A stretch of DNA of 63,316 bases, the filler included. It is 6 parts of 6 records of this genome, joined end to end, with 100 filler letters (N's around TTAATTAATTAA, not from the genome) between each part and the next. Parts side by side here need not be neighbours in the genome. Positions count along the whole stretch, not along the records: positions 49,731 to 56,398 come from DRR723986_6391; positions 56,499 to 63,316 come from DRR723986_6404; 4 more parts are not named here. One strand, given 5' to 3'. The notes below the pieces were generated by a model that worked only from the letters and a program-made list of their open reading frames with translations, made no database searches and was not told the DNA's origin. The position numbers and the translations under genes were made by a program. Below are positions 49,732 to 59,516 of this stretch, piece by piece; positions within the stretch are counted from its first letter, which is position 1; each line of letters opens with the position of its first letter.

Positions 49732-50646
49732 AACGTCAACGACTATTACGACGTCAATCTCAAGGAAGCACGCCTGGCCCGGCTGCTGAACAAGCCCGGT
49801 TTCACCGAAGTACGCCAGGACGTGGCCGACCGCGAGGCCATGGAAGCGGTTTTTCGTGAACACAAGCCCGAGCGGGTAGTGCACCTGGCAGCTCAGGCCG
49901 GAGTCCGGTATTCCCTGGAAAACCCTCATGCCTATGTGGATGCCAATCTGGTCGGCTTCATGAACATCCTTGAGGGTTGCCGTCATAACGAGGTCAAGCA
50001 CCTGGTGTATGCCTCCAGCAGCTCCGTGTACGGAGCCAATGAGACCATGCCATTCTCCGTGCACGATAACGTGGATCACCCGCTGAGCCTGTACGCGGCG
50101 TCCAAGAAAGCCAACGAGCTGATGGCCCATACATACAGCCATCTGTACAACCTGCCCACCACCGGGCTGCGGTTCTTTACTGTTTACGGCCCCTGGGGCC
50201 GGCCGGATATGGCGCTGTTTATCTTTACCAAAAAGATCCTGGCCGGCGAGGCCATCGACGTGTTTAACCACGGGCATCACAAGCGGGACTTCACCTACAT
50301 CGACGACATCGTCGAAGGCGTTATCCGCACTCTGGACAACGTAGCCCAGCCGAACCAGGACTGGAGCGGTGCCCAGCCGGATCCGGGCACCAGCAAGGGG
50401 CCTTACCGCATCTACAACATAGGCAGCAATAACCCGGTGGAGCTGTCCCGTTTTATCGAGATTATTGAGGAGCGGGTGGGCAAAAAAGCCGAGAAGAATC
50501 TGCTGCCGTTGCAACCGGGTGACGTGCCGGCCACCTACGCCAATGTCGATGACCTGATCAACGATGTGGGGTATAAGCCGTCTACCACGGTGGAAGAGGG
50601 CATTGCCAACTTCGTGGACTGGTATCGGGATTTTTACAACGCCTGA
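49732..50646 (+). CDS. NAD-dependent epimerase (UDP-glucuronate 4-epimerase-like), 5' truncated
   Basis: 'NDYYDVNLK', '[11 protein letters not shown]', 'YAASKK', '[15 protein letters not shown]'. Confidence 0.93.
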   Translation, partial: NVNDYYDVNLKEARLARLLNKPGFTEVRQDVADREAMEAVFREHKPERVVHLAAQAGVRYSLENPHAYVDANLVGFMNILEGCRHNEVKHLVYASSSSVYGANETMPFSVHDNVDHPLSLYAASKKANELMAHTYSHLYNLPTTGLRFFTVYGPWGRPDMALFIFTKKILAGEAIDVFNHGHHKRDFTYIDDIVEGVIRTLDNVAQPNQDWSGAQPDPGTSKGPYRIYNIGSNNPVELSRFIEIIEERVGKKAEKNLLPLQPGDVPATYANVDDLINDVGYKPSTTVEEGIANFVDWYRDFYNA

Positions 50647-50667
50647 GCGTCCATCATCGCGTACGAG

Positions 50668-50700
50668 TAAGGCCAGCCGAGACGCTGGCCTTATTTGTTT
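50668..50700. terminator. Terminator hairpin between convergent genes
   Basis: TAAGGCCAGC-CGAGAC-GCTGGCCTTA followed by TTTGTTT. Confidence 0.75.
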
Positions 50701-50704
50701 ATGG

Positions 50705-51502
50705 TCACTGTTCCGGAAGCCTGAATACCTGTGCTTTCCGGGTAACAGGGCATCGGAAAGCCAATTCAACGGCGGTGAGTTGCAGGCCGGCCGCAGATGC
50801 CGTGCCATACAGCCGATCTCCCACAATCGGGTGCCCAATGCCGGCCAGGTGTCGACGGATCTGGTGTTTACGGCCGGTTTCGATTCGTACCTGCACGTCC
50901 GTTGTGTCTGATTCCTCATCCCGGCCCAGTGTCGTCACGCGGCTGATTGAGTCCTTGCCATCCAGTGGCGTGTCGAGGCGAAGATCATCCGCCATCAGGT
51001 TGCCGGCGACCCGCGCCCGGTAGATCTTGGTCATGGCGCGCCCGGCAAACAATTCTGAAAGGGCCGCCGCGGCCTTACCATCATGGGCAATCAGCATCAG
51101 GCCTGCAGCGTCGGCATCCAGGCGGTGTACCAGAAAGCAGGGTGCGTTCAGTTCAATTTCTGCCAGGCGCAGCACGCTGCAATGGTCGCCCCATTGAGAA
51201 CCCTGTGATAACAGCCCGTGGGGTTTGAACCAGACACTGTAACGACCTTTGTTCTCCAGCAGCTTCGGTGTTTCCGGCTTGCGCGCCAGCACCTGATCAT
51301 CGTAGAACAGCAGAATACGGGTACCGGGTTTCAGTTCCCGCTTGGCCTTGCGCAAACGCACCTGTTTTCCCTTCTGTGTCCACCAGCACGCGCCTTTGGC
51401 CATGGCATCCTTGATGCGTTGTTTGGGCAGGCCGGAGGCCTGTGCCAGTGCCTCCAGGGCGGTGGTTCCGGAATCAACGGTGATATCGAAGTGTACGTGC
51501 AT
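50705..51502 (-). CDS. RluA-family pseudouridine synthase
   Basis: 'KPHG', catalytic 'HRLD', 'TGRKHQIRRHL', 'PIVGDRLYG'. Confidence 0.92.
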   Translation of the reverse strand: MHVHFDITVDSGTTALEALAQASGLPKQRIKDAMAKGACWWTQKGKQVRLRKAKRELKPGTRILLFYDDQVLARKPETPKLLENKGRYSVWFKPHGLLSQGSQWGDHCSVLRLAEIELNAPCFLVHRLDADAAGLMLIAHDGKAAAALSELFAGRAMTKIYRARVAGNLMADDLRLDTPLDGKDSISRVTTLGRDEESDTTDVQVRIETGRKHQIRRHLAGIGHPIVGDRLYGTASAAGLQLTAVELAFRCPVTRKAQVFRLPEQ

Positions 51503-51586
51503 GGCAGGCCTACAGGTTCGGCAATAGGGCATGGGGATTGCTGGCAATCTTACGCAGCAGAGCAGAGGGGAACAAGCGCCAGCCGT

Positions 51587-51621
51587 AAAAAGCAGGCCGG
51601 GGTGGTTAGCCACCGGCCTGC
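51587..51621 (-). terminator. Rho-independent terminator of the TonB receptor gene
   Basis: GCAGGCCGG...CCGGCCTGC + TTTTT on the minus strand. Confidence 0.8.
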
Positions 51622-51636
51622 AAGGGAAGACGCTGA

Positions 51637-53910
51637 TCAGAAGCTCAGCGTTGCAGACAACCAGTAGTTGCGGGCCTTTGCCTTCACGTTGTAATCGTCG
51701 ATGTAGTTGGCGTCGTAGTTGGCGCCGCCGTCTTCGGTGGTGTACATCGTTTTGTAGCTGGTGAAGTCTTCATCCAGCAGATTATTTACTCGTGCAGTAA
51801 CGGTCAGGTACTCGCTAACTACGTACTGAGCGCCCAGATGCACGATGGTGTAGTCCTTGTAGAATTCCGGGTAATCAATGCTGTTATCCCAGCCCCTGGG
51901 GGTGCTGGTGTAGCGTTTGGAACGGAATTCCGTGCTCAGGTAGGTGCTGAACTGTGGGGTAACCTGCCAGTCCAGAGTGGCATTGGCCATGTGCTTGGCA
52001 GTGCCGTTCAGTGGCTGGCCTTTGTTTTCACCACTTTTGATCTCGGCATCAGTGTAGGTGTAGTTGGCACGGAGTGAGAGTGAATCGAAGATCCAATAGC
52101 GACCAGCAATCTCCACCCCGTTGATTTCTGCCTTGTCGACGTTGATGTCCTGGCCGAATTCGTAACCATCACCGAGCAACTCATTCCACTCGGGGGCCAG
52201 GTCGGCACAGTCTGCGGGGTCGGCACTGACATCGTCACAGTGCAGGATGGAGCCACCTGACTCGATCTTGTCTTTGAACTGGTTGGAGAATACGGTCAGG
52301 TTTGCGTTGTGCCCTTCCGGGTGCCGATAGTACACGGCCAGTTCGCTGTTAACACTGGTTTCGGGTTCCAGGCCCGGAGTACCTACGAACGGGCGGGTAC
52401 CCTGGCCGCCGAAGCCAGTAATACCTGGGTACAGGTCGCTGGCCTTGGGTGCCTTGTAACCGGTGCTGACGCCACCTTTGATCGTCCATTCGGGGCTCAG
52501 GTCCCAGTTGCCGTAAAGCCGGGGGCTGACGTGGCCATCAAAAATATTGTGGTGATCGTAGCGAACCCCGCCGGTCAGGGTGAAGTCGCTGGTGACTTCC
52601 CAGTTGTCCTCAACAAAAACCGCCCACTGCCGATGCGGCTGGGTTTTTCCGTCGCTGAAACCGGAACCGGTCATGCCGAAGGTGCCGTCCTCCATTTCTG
52701 CATCGATGTATTCACCGCCATAGACCAGAAGGTGATCACCCAACAGTGAGTCGAATTTCAGGCTCAGCGTGGTCTGGCGGGTTTCCAGCACCCGTTTCGG
52801 GCGTGGCAGGAAGGCCGCTTCGATTTCTGAATCGCTGGCGGTGTCCTTGATCTGCTCGTATTGCAGGCGCTCTATCGCTGTCAGGGGCAGGGTGCGGCCG
52901 TCGTTGCTGGTCTCGATGTAGTGCAGGTAAATGTCGCTGTTGGCAAAGCCCCATTCACCTTCGTGGCGAACAGACGCCTGCTGGCGGTTGAATTCCTGGT
53001 TCAGGGCGTAGCCGGCCCGGGGTAAGCGGTTGACACTGTCGGTGGTGCCCAGCGGGTTATCGCCATCCTGTGGTTTATTGTCGTAGGTCTGTTCAGACGT
53101 TTCGTAATCGAAGGTCAGGTCCTGTTTATCTGTGACCCGCCAGGCCAGGCGGGCGCCCAGATTGGTGTTTTCGTTGTCTACGGTGCGCCCACCGCTCCCA
53201 AAGCCCAGCTCTCGGGGCACCGGGTTGCCATTCGGGTCGATGCCGGGTTCGTACTGGGGCGTGGATGCGTCCCGGTTATACAGGCTGCCGCGTAGGGCCA
53301 GTCCAAGCCGGTTTTCAATCAGCGGCCCGGCAATCGTGAATTCCGTGGTGTCGTCGTTGCCAAAGTCGTCGTTGGATTCAAAGGTGCGGCTGTGAGAGAG
53401 GGAGCCTGTCCAGGTGTCACCCACCTTTTTGGTAATGATGTTTATCACACCGCCCAGGGCTTCGGCACCATAAAGGGTAGAGGCGGGGCCGCGGATAATC
53501 TCGATGCGTTCAATCATTTCCTTAGGGGGAATGTGGTTGAACTGGTTGCCGCCGAAGTTGTTCGGGTAGATGTCGCCGATGTTGTTCTGGCGTTTGCCGT
53601 CAATCAGGATCAACGTGTAATCGGCGCCCATACCCCGAATGCTGATGCCGCCCTGTCCGGTCTTGTCGGTGGTTTCACCCACATCCACACCTTCCACTTC
53701 GCGAACCGCATCCAGCAGGGTCAGGTAGGGCATTTTATCCAGCTGTTCCTTGCGGATGACAGTGATGGACGCTGGCGCATCCGTGACCTTCTGTTCCACG
53801 CCCGCGGCGCTGACTACCAGTTCTTCGAGTTCGTGCACGGGCTGGGCCTGAGTGGCCCCAGAAAAGCCCGCTATCACGAGGGGGAGGGTGGTCTTCGTAA
53901 ACTTTGTCAC
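51637..53910 (-). CDS. TonB-dependent receptor (IrgA/CirA-like, iron-regulated)
   Basis: TonB box 'EELVVSA', 'DAPASITVI', 'IERIEIIRGPASTLYG', C-terminal 'RNYWLSATLSF'. Confidence 0.93.
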   Translation of the reverse strand: MTKFTKTTLPLVIAGFSGATQAQPVHELEELVVSAAGVEQKVTDAPASITVIRKEQLDKMPYLTLLDAVREVEGVDVGETTDKTGQGGISIRGMGADYTLILIDGKRQNNIGDIYPNNFGGNQFNHIPPKEMIERIEIIRGPASTLYGAEALGGVINIITKKVGDTWTGSLSHSRTFESNDDFGNDDTTEFTIAGPLIENRLGLALRGSLYNRDASTPQYEPGIDPNGNPVPRELGFGSGGRTVDNENTNLGARLAWRVTDKQDLTFDYETSEQTYDNKPQDGDNPLGTTDSVNRLPRAGYALNQEFNRQQASVRHEGEWGFANSDIYLHYIETSNDGRTLPLTAIERLQYEQIKDTASDSEIEAAFLPRPKRVLETRQTTLSLKFDSLLGDHLLVYGGEYIDAEMEDGTFGMTGSGFSDGKTQPHRQWAVFVEDNWEVTSDFTLTGGVRYDHHNIFDGHVSPRLYGNWDLSPEWTIKGGVSTGYKAPKASDLYPGITGFGGQGTRPFVGTPGLEPETSVNSELAVYYRHPEGHNANLTVFSNQFKDKIESGGSILHCDDVSADPADCADLAPEWNELLGDGYEFGQDINVDKAEINGVEIAGRYWIFDSLSLRANYTYTDAEIKSGENKGQPLNGTAKHMANATLDWQVTPQFSTYLSTEFRSKRYTSTPRGWDNSIDYPEFYKDYTIVHLGAQYVVSEYLTVTARVNNLLDEDFTSYKTMYTTEDGGANYDANYIDDYNVKAKARNYWLSATLSF

Positions 53911-53996
53911 GGGGCGCTTCCTTCTGAAATGGGGTTCGTTGGGTTATTACCTTCAGGTTGAGGTTGGCAAGCCTAAATGCTTTTTTTGTAATATAC

Positions 53997-54015
53997 AACG
54001 ATAAAGATTCGCATT
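53997..54015. promoter_or_regulatory. Putative Fur box in the divergent promoter
   Basis: AACGATAAAGATTCGCATT (reverse complement AATGCGAATCTTTATCGTT) resembles the AATGATAATNATTATCATT Fur consensus. Confidence 0.65.
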
Positions 54016-54108
54016 TGCGGGCGTAAAATAAGTGTAAAGGGCATTGAAATGCATTTGATAATTACCTAGTCTTGCCGACCCGAACACCATGGAAACCCGG
54101 AAAACATC

Positions 54109-54765
54109 ATGGAAAGCGCCGCCCCGAGTCGTGCAGCGGAACCTGCTGAAGCGCCCTCATTTCACCGCGCGCAGTGGCTTAAAGTGCTGCTGCGCTGGCA
54201 CTGGATCAGTTCGGCGTTGGCCTTGCCGGCGCTATTGTTGTTTACCGCCACTGGCATCACGTTGAATCACGCTGCTGATATCCCAGCCAGCAACCAGGTT
54301 GTCGATAAACAGGCGGTGGTACCGGCCCCGATGCTGGATGATCTGCGAGCCCTGGTGCCCGAGGCACCCTCGGCCTTACCCCCGTCGTTTCGCCAATGGC
54401 TGGCCGATAAGGTGGGAGTTTCGGTGCGGGGCGGTCAGCTTGAATGGAGCGAAGCGGAGCTCTATGCCGGCTTTCCCCGTCCGGGTGGCGATACCTGGCT
54501 GAATGTCTATCTGGATTCCGGAGAGCTGATCTATGAGCAGGTCGACAGAGGCTGGATTGCCTGGGCTAACGACCTGCATAAAGGCCGCAATACCGGAGTC
54601 TGGTGGCAGGGGTTCATTGACGTGTTTGCGCTGGTGTGCCTGGTGTTTTGCCTAAGCGGGTTCGGGATTCTCTGGCTGCATGCCAAAGAACGGGCCGGCA
54701 TCTGGCCGGTTGCCGGACTTGGTTTGCTGGTGCCGGTATTACTGGCTGTTTTGACCATTCACTAA
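54109..54765 (+). CDS. PepSY-associated TM helix protein
   Basis: 'WHWISSA', 'TGITLNH', 'RPGGD', 'NDLHKGRNTG', 'FIDVFA'. Confidence 0.85.
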   Translation: MESAAPSRAAEPAEAPSFHRAQWLKVLLRWHWISSALALPALLLFTATGITLNHAADIPASNQVVDKQAVVPAPMLDDLRALVPEAPSALPPSFRQWLADKVGVSVRGGQLEWSEAELYAGFPRPGGDTWLNVYLDSGELIYEQVDRGWIAWANDLHKGRNTGVWWQGFIDVFALVCLVFCLSGFGILWLHAKERAGIWPVAGLGLLVPVLLAVLTIH

Positions 54766-54778
54766 GGATTAACAACAC

Positions 54779-55297
54779 GTGAAAGCAATAAAAATGATGG
54801 CTTGCGGGGTCGCTCTTGCCACCCCGTGCCTGCTGCAGGCTGCTGATCTGGCCGTTGACGTTGAAATTCCCAAGCTGAACGTGGCGGAGTATCACCGCCC
54901 TTATGTGGCGGTTTGGCTGGAGAATACTGCCGGACGGCTCCAGCTTGACCTAGCGGTCTGGTACGACCTCGACATGCGCAACCAGGAAGGCAACAAATGG
55001 CTGAAAGATCTGCGTTTATGGTGGCGCCGTAGCGGTCGGGGACTGGATATGCCGGTGGACGGCTTCAGCGGTGCAAGCCGGGCACCGGGTATTCATACCG
55101 TCAACCTGGACGCCTTCGAAGTGGCGCTGAACACGCTGCCGGCCGGGGACTATGTCCTGGCGGTTGAGGCTGCACGGGAGGTTGGGGGCCGCGAAGTGGT
55201 TCGAGTTCCCATGACCTGGCCCGCGCAAACACGAACCGAATACTCCGCCTCTGGCCGTACCGAGCTTGGCCAGATTACTGTCGTCACCACGCCCTGA
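54779..55297 (+). CDS. DUF2271 protein (putative flavinylated periplasmic protein)
   Basis: 'EYHRPYVAVW', 'KWLKDLRLWWR', 'DGFSGASR', 'EAAREVGGRE'. Confidence 0.85.
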   Translation: MKAIKMMACGVALATPCLLQAADLAVDVEIPKLNVAEYHRPYVAVWLENTAGRLQLDLAVWYDLDMRNQEGNKWLKDLRLWWRRSGRGLDMPVDGFSGASRAPGIHTVNLDAFEVALNTLPAGDYVLAVEAAREVGGREVVRVPMTWPAQTRTEYSASGRTELGQITVVTTP

Positions 55298-55318
55298 ACG
55301 AACAAGGAAAACGCAACC

Positions 55319-56128
55319 ATGAAACTGAAGACCCTCACCACAACGGCCGCCCTTGTTCTGGGGCTGACGACTGCCACGGTTACCCAGGCACACCGCGCCT
55401 GGATGCTGCCGTCGGCGACGGTACTCTCTGGTGAAAATGCCTGGGTGACGGTCGACGGGGCCGTATCCAACAGCCTGTTCTATTTTGAGCATCACCACTT
55501 GAATCTGGACCAGCTGGAAATCCGGGGACCACAGGGCAGCCAGGTAGAAGTCCAGAACAAAGCCAGCGGGAAGTACCGTTCGATGTTCGATGCGGAACTG
55601 GTCCTGGACGGTACCTACACCTTTGAAATCTATAACCAGGGCCTGTTTGGTTCCTACACCCTGGATGACAAGCGTTACCGCTGGCGGGGGACGACCGAGG
55701 AGGTGTCCGGCATCCCGGGTGACGCGGAGGACGTCAGGCTGAGCGAAGTCGATCGCCGTATGCAGTTTTTTGTCACCAAGGGGGCGCCCACCTCCGACAG
55801 CTTCCAAGCCAGCGGTCAGGGACTGGAACTCGTGCCTGTCACACACCCGAACGACCTGTTTGTTGGCGAAACGTCGGAATTCCGTTTTCATCTGGATGGC
55901 CAGCCGGTCGAGGGGCTGGAAGTGCTGTTGATCCGCGACGGCATCCGTTACCGTGACCAGGTTGAGGAACTGCTCCTGACGACGGACGCTGAAGGGCGGG
56001 TGGAGATTTCCTGGCAAAAACCGGGCATGTACTGGCTGGAAGTGGAAACAGAGCGCCCGAGCCAGCAGCTTGAAGGCGCTACTCGCCGGCTCGGCTACAG
56101 TGCCACCCTGGAAGTTTTACCCTTGTAA
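55319..56128 (+). CDS. DUF4198 periplasmic protein
   Basis: Signal peptide ending AH 'AHRAWMLPS', 'GLELVPVTHPNDL', 'TDAEG', 'GMYWL'. Confidence 0.85.
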   Translation: MKLKTLTTTAALVLGLTTATVTQAHRAWMLPSATVLSGENAWVTVDGAVSNSLFYFEHHHLNLDQLEIRGPQGSQVEVQNKASGKYRSMFDAELVLDGTYTFEIYNQGLFGSYTLDDKRYRWRGTTEEVSGIPGDAEDVRLSEVDRRMQFFVTKGAPTSDSFQASGQGLELVPVTHPNDLFVGETSEFRFHLDGQPVEGLEVLLIRDGIRYRDQVEELLLTTDAEGRVEISWQKPGMYWLEVETERPSQQLEGATRRLGYSATLEVLPL

Positions 56129-56398
56129 TGGTCTGGCTTAATCTGGTGCTGGCTGTTCTTGTGGCCGCCATTCTCGTGGTCCTGAATCTGGATGGCTACG
56201 ATACAACCCGCAAAACCGTTGCGGTTGTGGCGTTGGCAGGCTATGGCTGGGTTCTGCTCCGGTATCGCCGACGAACCCGAACCACGAGACCAGACGGCCC
56301 CAGTGACTATCTGATTGCCTTCGCAACTGAAACGGGCACCGCCCGGCAGCTGGCAAAGAGTACGGCGCGCAAGCTTGCAGGAAAAGGCACTACCCGTG
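56128..56398 (+). CDS. Membrane-anchored flavodoxin/sulfite-reductase-flavoprotein-like protein (3' truncated)
   Basis: Two TM helices, then the flavodoxin P-loop 'IAFATETGTARQLA'. Confidence 0.75.
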
Positions 56399-56498
56399 NN
56401 NNNNNNNNNNNNNNNNNNNNNNNNNNNNNNNNNNNNNNNNNNTTAATTAATTAANNNNNNNNNNNNNNNNNNNNNNNNNNNNNNNNNNNNNNNNNNNN
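56399..56498. other. Artificial contig spacer
   Basis: 44 N + TTAATTAATTAA + 44 N. Confidence 0.99.
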
Positions 56499-56816
56499 CA
56501 TCAGGATCGGCGCGGGCGGGTTGTCGATTTTCAGGGCACCGGGGTCGCCTTCGCCGCGCAGGGTCTCGATCAGTTCGTCATGGACGATCTTGATAACCTG
56601 CTGGCCCGGCGTGATCGACTTGGTGACAGCCGCGCCGGTGGCTTTCTTCTCTACCGATTTGATGAAGTTGCGCGCGACGGGCAGGGAAACATCCGCCTCC
56701 AGCAGCGCGACCCGCACCTCGCGCATGGCGGTCTTGACGTCATCTTCCGACAGGGCGCCCTGCTTGGTCAGACGGTCGAAGACACCAGACAGGCGTTCGG
56801 ACAGATTTTCGAACAT
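56499..56816 (-). CDS. ffh: Signal recognition particle protein, N-terminus (3' truncated)
   Basis: 'MFENLSERL', 'REVRVALLEADV', 'PGQQVIKIVHDEL'. Confidence 0.96.
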
Positions 56817-56879
56817 GGGCGCGGCCCCTTTTCATCTACTTCGGTTGCTGTCCCCCAGATAAGGGACCGCGAGGAATGC

Positions 56880-56922
56880 ACCAACACCCCCGTGGGCGAA
56901 ACCTCGCTGACGGGGGGCGATC
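56880..56922 (-). ncRNA. Alphaproteobacterial ffh leader RNA motif (putative)
   Basis: Minus strand GCCCCCCGTCAGCGAGGTTTCGCCCACGGGGGTG structured element about 65 nt upstream of ffh; resembles the known ffh 5' motif. Confidence 0.6.
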
Positions 56923-56978
56923 CTGAGAACAGACTCAGGACCGGAAAGCTGGCACTTCCCGGATATCAGGGGCAGGCT

Positions 56979-57515
56979 CTACTGCTGTGACGGGTCGGAG
57001 TCAACACATGTGGCGAGAAGCGATGTGATATCGCCCCCCAACATGTCGGAACTGTCGGGCGCATGCAGTTGGAAGGACCGGCGCAGGGTCAGGCTGTCCC
57101 ATTCCTCTTGCGTGATGGGCGGGCGGGCGTGGGGCCAGCTGCCCGGATCGCCATAGAGTGTGATCGCCATGGGCCCCCGAAAGTCCTGCCCGACGAAGCT
57201 CAGACCCTCCACATCCAAGGCATAGAGCCCGACCAGATCGGCGGCGATGGTGCGGCTGGTGGTGATCAGCGTCCAGAGCCTGCCGGTGATGTGCCCATCC
57301 AAACCCATGGTGCCGGTGGCCAGATGTGCCGTGGCTCCGCCCTCCTGACGAAAGCTGCGCAGGGTTTCGAACTGCGCCGTGCCGTGCAGTTCGACCCCCG
57401 GCGGGTAGGGGCCGATGCCATGGGTGATCTGAACATCGAAGGCGATGTCGCATACCATCGCCGTGGCCGAAGAGGACCACAGCAGCGCAGACAGGATGAT
57501 CCCGCATCTCAGCAT
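56979..57515 (-). CDS. Secreted hypothetical protein
   Basis: 178-aa ORF with a signal peptide and Cys near both ends of the mature chain. Confidence 0.6.
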   Translation of the reverse strand: MLRCGIILSALLWSSSATAMVCDIAFDVQITHGIGPYPPGVELHGTAQFETLRSFRQEGGATAHLATGTMGLDGHITGRLWTLITTSRTIAADLVGLYALDVEGLSFVGQDFRGPMAITLYGDPGSWPHARPPITQEEWDSLTLRRSFQLHAPDSSDMLGGDITSLLATCVDSDPSQQ

Positions 57516-57546
57516 GTCGGTCAGCGTAGCAGCCTTGCCGTAGGGG

Positions 57547-58128
57547 TCAACGCCCCGCTTGCACGTGGGTCAGAACCTTGCGGGCCATGTGTAGGATCCT
57601 GGTTGCGTGACGTTCTTCCAGGGGGCGGCCCACCAGCGGGATCGTTTCGCCAGTGGTCAGGCGCAGGATGGGGCGGGCTGTATGCCGCACCCTGCCTGTC
57701 ATGCGGCGGAGCATGGGGGCGCGGGCTTGCTCGATCTCGGTCCCGGAGATCTCGGCCACCGAAACATGGTGCTCCCGCCATCGGACCACCCCGATCGGAC
57801 GGATCAGAACATGGCCAGCCGCCGCGTCGATTACCACGCCGCGCAAGCTGACCTGCGTCAAGGCCAACAGCCACGGCAGACCGAGGACAAGCGTCATCAG
57901 GGCGAACGGCCACGAGGCCACGTATCGCCCCGACGTGCTGGTGGGATTCAGCATCCGTGTCATGCCTATCTCGCTCCATAGCGTGCCCGACTGGAAGAAC
58001 AGCCAGGCCAACCCGATGCTGAAGGCGCAGATCGCCAGCAGCATGGCGGGAACCCAAAGCGGCGTTCCGCATAGCTCAAGGCGGCTTTTGGATTGAAAAC
58101 GGATGGTGGGGCCGAACATGGCCGACAT
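57547..58128 (-). CDS. Two-TM membrane protein with a PH-like soluble domain
   Basis: 2 TM helices, then beta-rich 'VVIDAAAGHVLIR'; coding-like codon usage. Confidence 0.55.
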   Translation of the reverse strand: MSAMFGPTIRFQSKSRLELCGTPLWVPAMLLAICAFSIGLAWLFFQSGTLWSEIGMTRMLNPTSTSGRYVASWPFALMTLVLGLPWLLALTQVSLRGVVIDAAAGHVLIRPIGVVRWREHHVSVAEISGTEIEQARAPMLRRMTGRVRHTARPILRLTTGETIPLVGRPLEERHATRILHMARKVLTHVQAGR

Positions 58129-58171
58129 CTAGCACATCGTTCCGGGTCAAGACCATGCTCAAGGGCCGATC

Positions 58172-58639
58172 CTAGCCAAGCCATCCCCGGATCGCCCAGG
58201 CGGCAGTCTCAGCGGCGCGGGTGGTCCAGAATTCCCGCACCGTCAGGGTCTTTGCGCCGCAGTCTGGCTTGGGAACGAAGTCCAGCACACTGTATTCATG
58301 GCGCGAGACGATGACCGTCCGCACGGTGACATGATCCAGATCGCTGAGCTTCATGATCCTGTTCTGTCTGCGGGTGATTCCGTGCAGGCTGAACCGGATC
58401 ATGTCGTGATCGCGGTCCAGCACCAGCTTCAGGCGCATGAACAGCGCCCAAAGCCCACCCAGAACCATCACCGGCGCCAGTGCCGAGAATGCCCAGCCAA
58501 ACCACCTGGCCGATCCTTCGTCGACGATCATCAGGCCCAGCCACAGAACAAGCGGGGCGCCAAGGATGTTGGCCAGCCCTGCCAGGCGCCTGTTGGCGGA
58601 CAGGACCAGCCGCTGGTCGGTTTCCGTCGTGACCTTCAT
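58172..58639 (-). CDS. Two-TM membrane protein with a PH-like soluble domain
   Basis: 2 TM helices, then 'LVLDRDHDMIRF...LSDLDHVTV'. Confidence 0.6.
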   Translation of the reverse strand: MKVTTETDQRLVLSANRRLAGLANILGAPLVLWLGLMIVDEGSARWFGWAFSALAPVMVLGGLWALFMRLKLVLDRDHDMIRFSLHGITRRQNRIMKLSDLDHVTVRTVIVSRHEYSVLDFVPKPDCGAKTLTVREFWTTRAAETAAWAIRGWLG

Positions 58640-58715
58640 GCGATCCCCCGGCCTTTACTGACTTTGTGGCAGTATGGGCGCTGCCCTGCGACAGGTCCAG
58701 AACCGGAGGCGGGCG

Positions 58716-59303
58716 TCAGGCCGCGACGGGAAGGGCGTCGATCTGGCCATGGGCAGATTGCAGCGTGGCTTCCGGGTTCAGGGCCATTCGGTCGGCGGTG
58801 ACGAAATCCACCTGCGAGATCCCGATGAAGCCAAGCACGTGGCGGATGTAACCGGTGGCGAAGTCGATCTCTGACCCGGCCTCTGTCCCGCCAGAGGCCA
58901 CGGCAATGATCGCGCGCTTTCCCGTCAGAAGACCCTCGGGGCCGGCTTCCGAGTAGCGGAAGGTCACACCGGCGCGGGCCACCTGATCGACCCAGGCTTT
59001 CAACGTGGCGGGGACACCGAAATTGTAGATCGGCAGGCCAATGACCAGCGTGTCAGCGGCCTTAAGTTCGGAAATCAACGCATCCGACAGGGCCAGCGTG
59101 GCGCGTTGTTCGGGGCTGCGGTCGGCCTCGGGCGTGAAGTTCGCGCCGACCCAGGTTTCGTCAATCAGCGGCAGGCCGGGGGCCAGATCGCGGGTGGTGA
59201 CTGTCGCGTCTGGAAAGCGCGCGATGATCCGGTCGGCAAGGTCGCGACTGACAGAGCCTTCGCGGCGGGCAGAGGTGTCGATGCGGAGAATGGAAGTGGT
59301 CAT
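58716..59303 (-). CDS. azoR: FMN-dependent NADH-azoreductase
   Basis: 'SARREGSVSRDL', 'PIYNFGVPATLKAWVD', 'RAGVTFRY', 'ASGG'. Confidence 0.92.
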   Translation of the reverse strand: MTTSILRIDTSARREGSVSRDLADRIIARFPDATVTTRDLAPGLPLIDETWVGANFTPEADRSPEQRATLALSDALISELKAADTLVIGLPIYNFGVPATLKAWVDQVARAGVTFRYSEAGPEGLLTGKRAIIAVASGGTEAGSEIDFATGYIRHVLGFIGISQVDFVTADRMALNPEATLQSAHGQIDALPVAA

Positions 59304-59516
59304 GGGATACTGTCCTTGGTTGTCCTGGTTTGCGTCTGCGACAGAAGATAGACAGTGGCTCAGCGCACAAAATGCAAGTTTCAGAACATCTGGTGTGCGG
59401 AATTGCAAATAAACCGAGAGGCCTTTGCCAGGCCCCACCTTTTCCCTTGCTTCGATGAACAGAGTTGGCATCATGGGCGCCGAAGCGTGATGTGATGCAC
59501 AGACAGGGCAGGCCGA

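Noticed and set aside
56499-56816. ffh together with satD/satE recreating the streptococcal ffh-sat operon
   Set aside because: They lie on different contigs from apparently different phyla, so this is coincidence.
59364-59410. LysR T-N11-A boxes between azoR and lysR
   Set aside because: Only weak imperfect TGC/GCA dyads; the motif is too degenerate to call.
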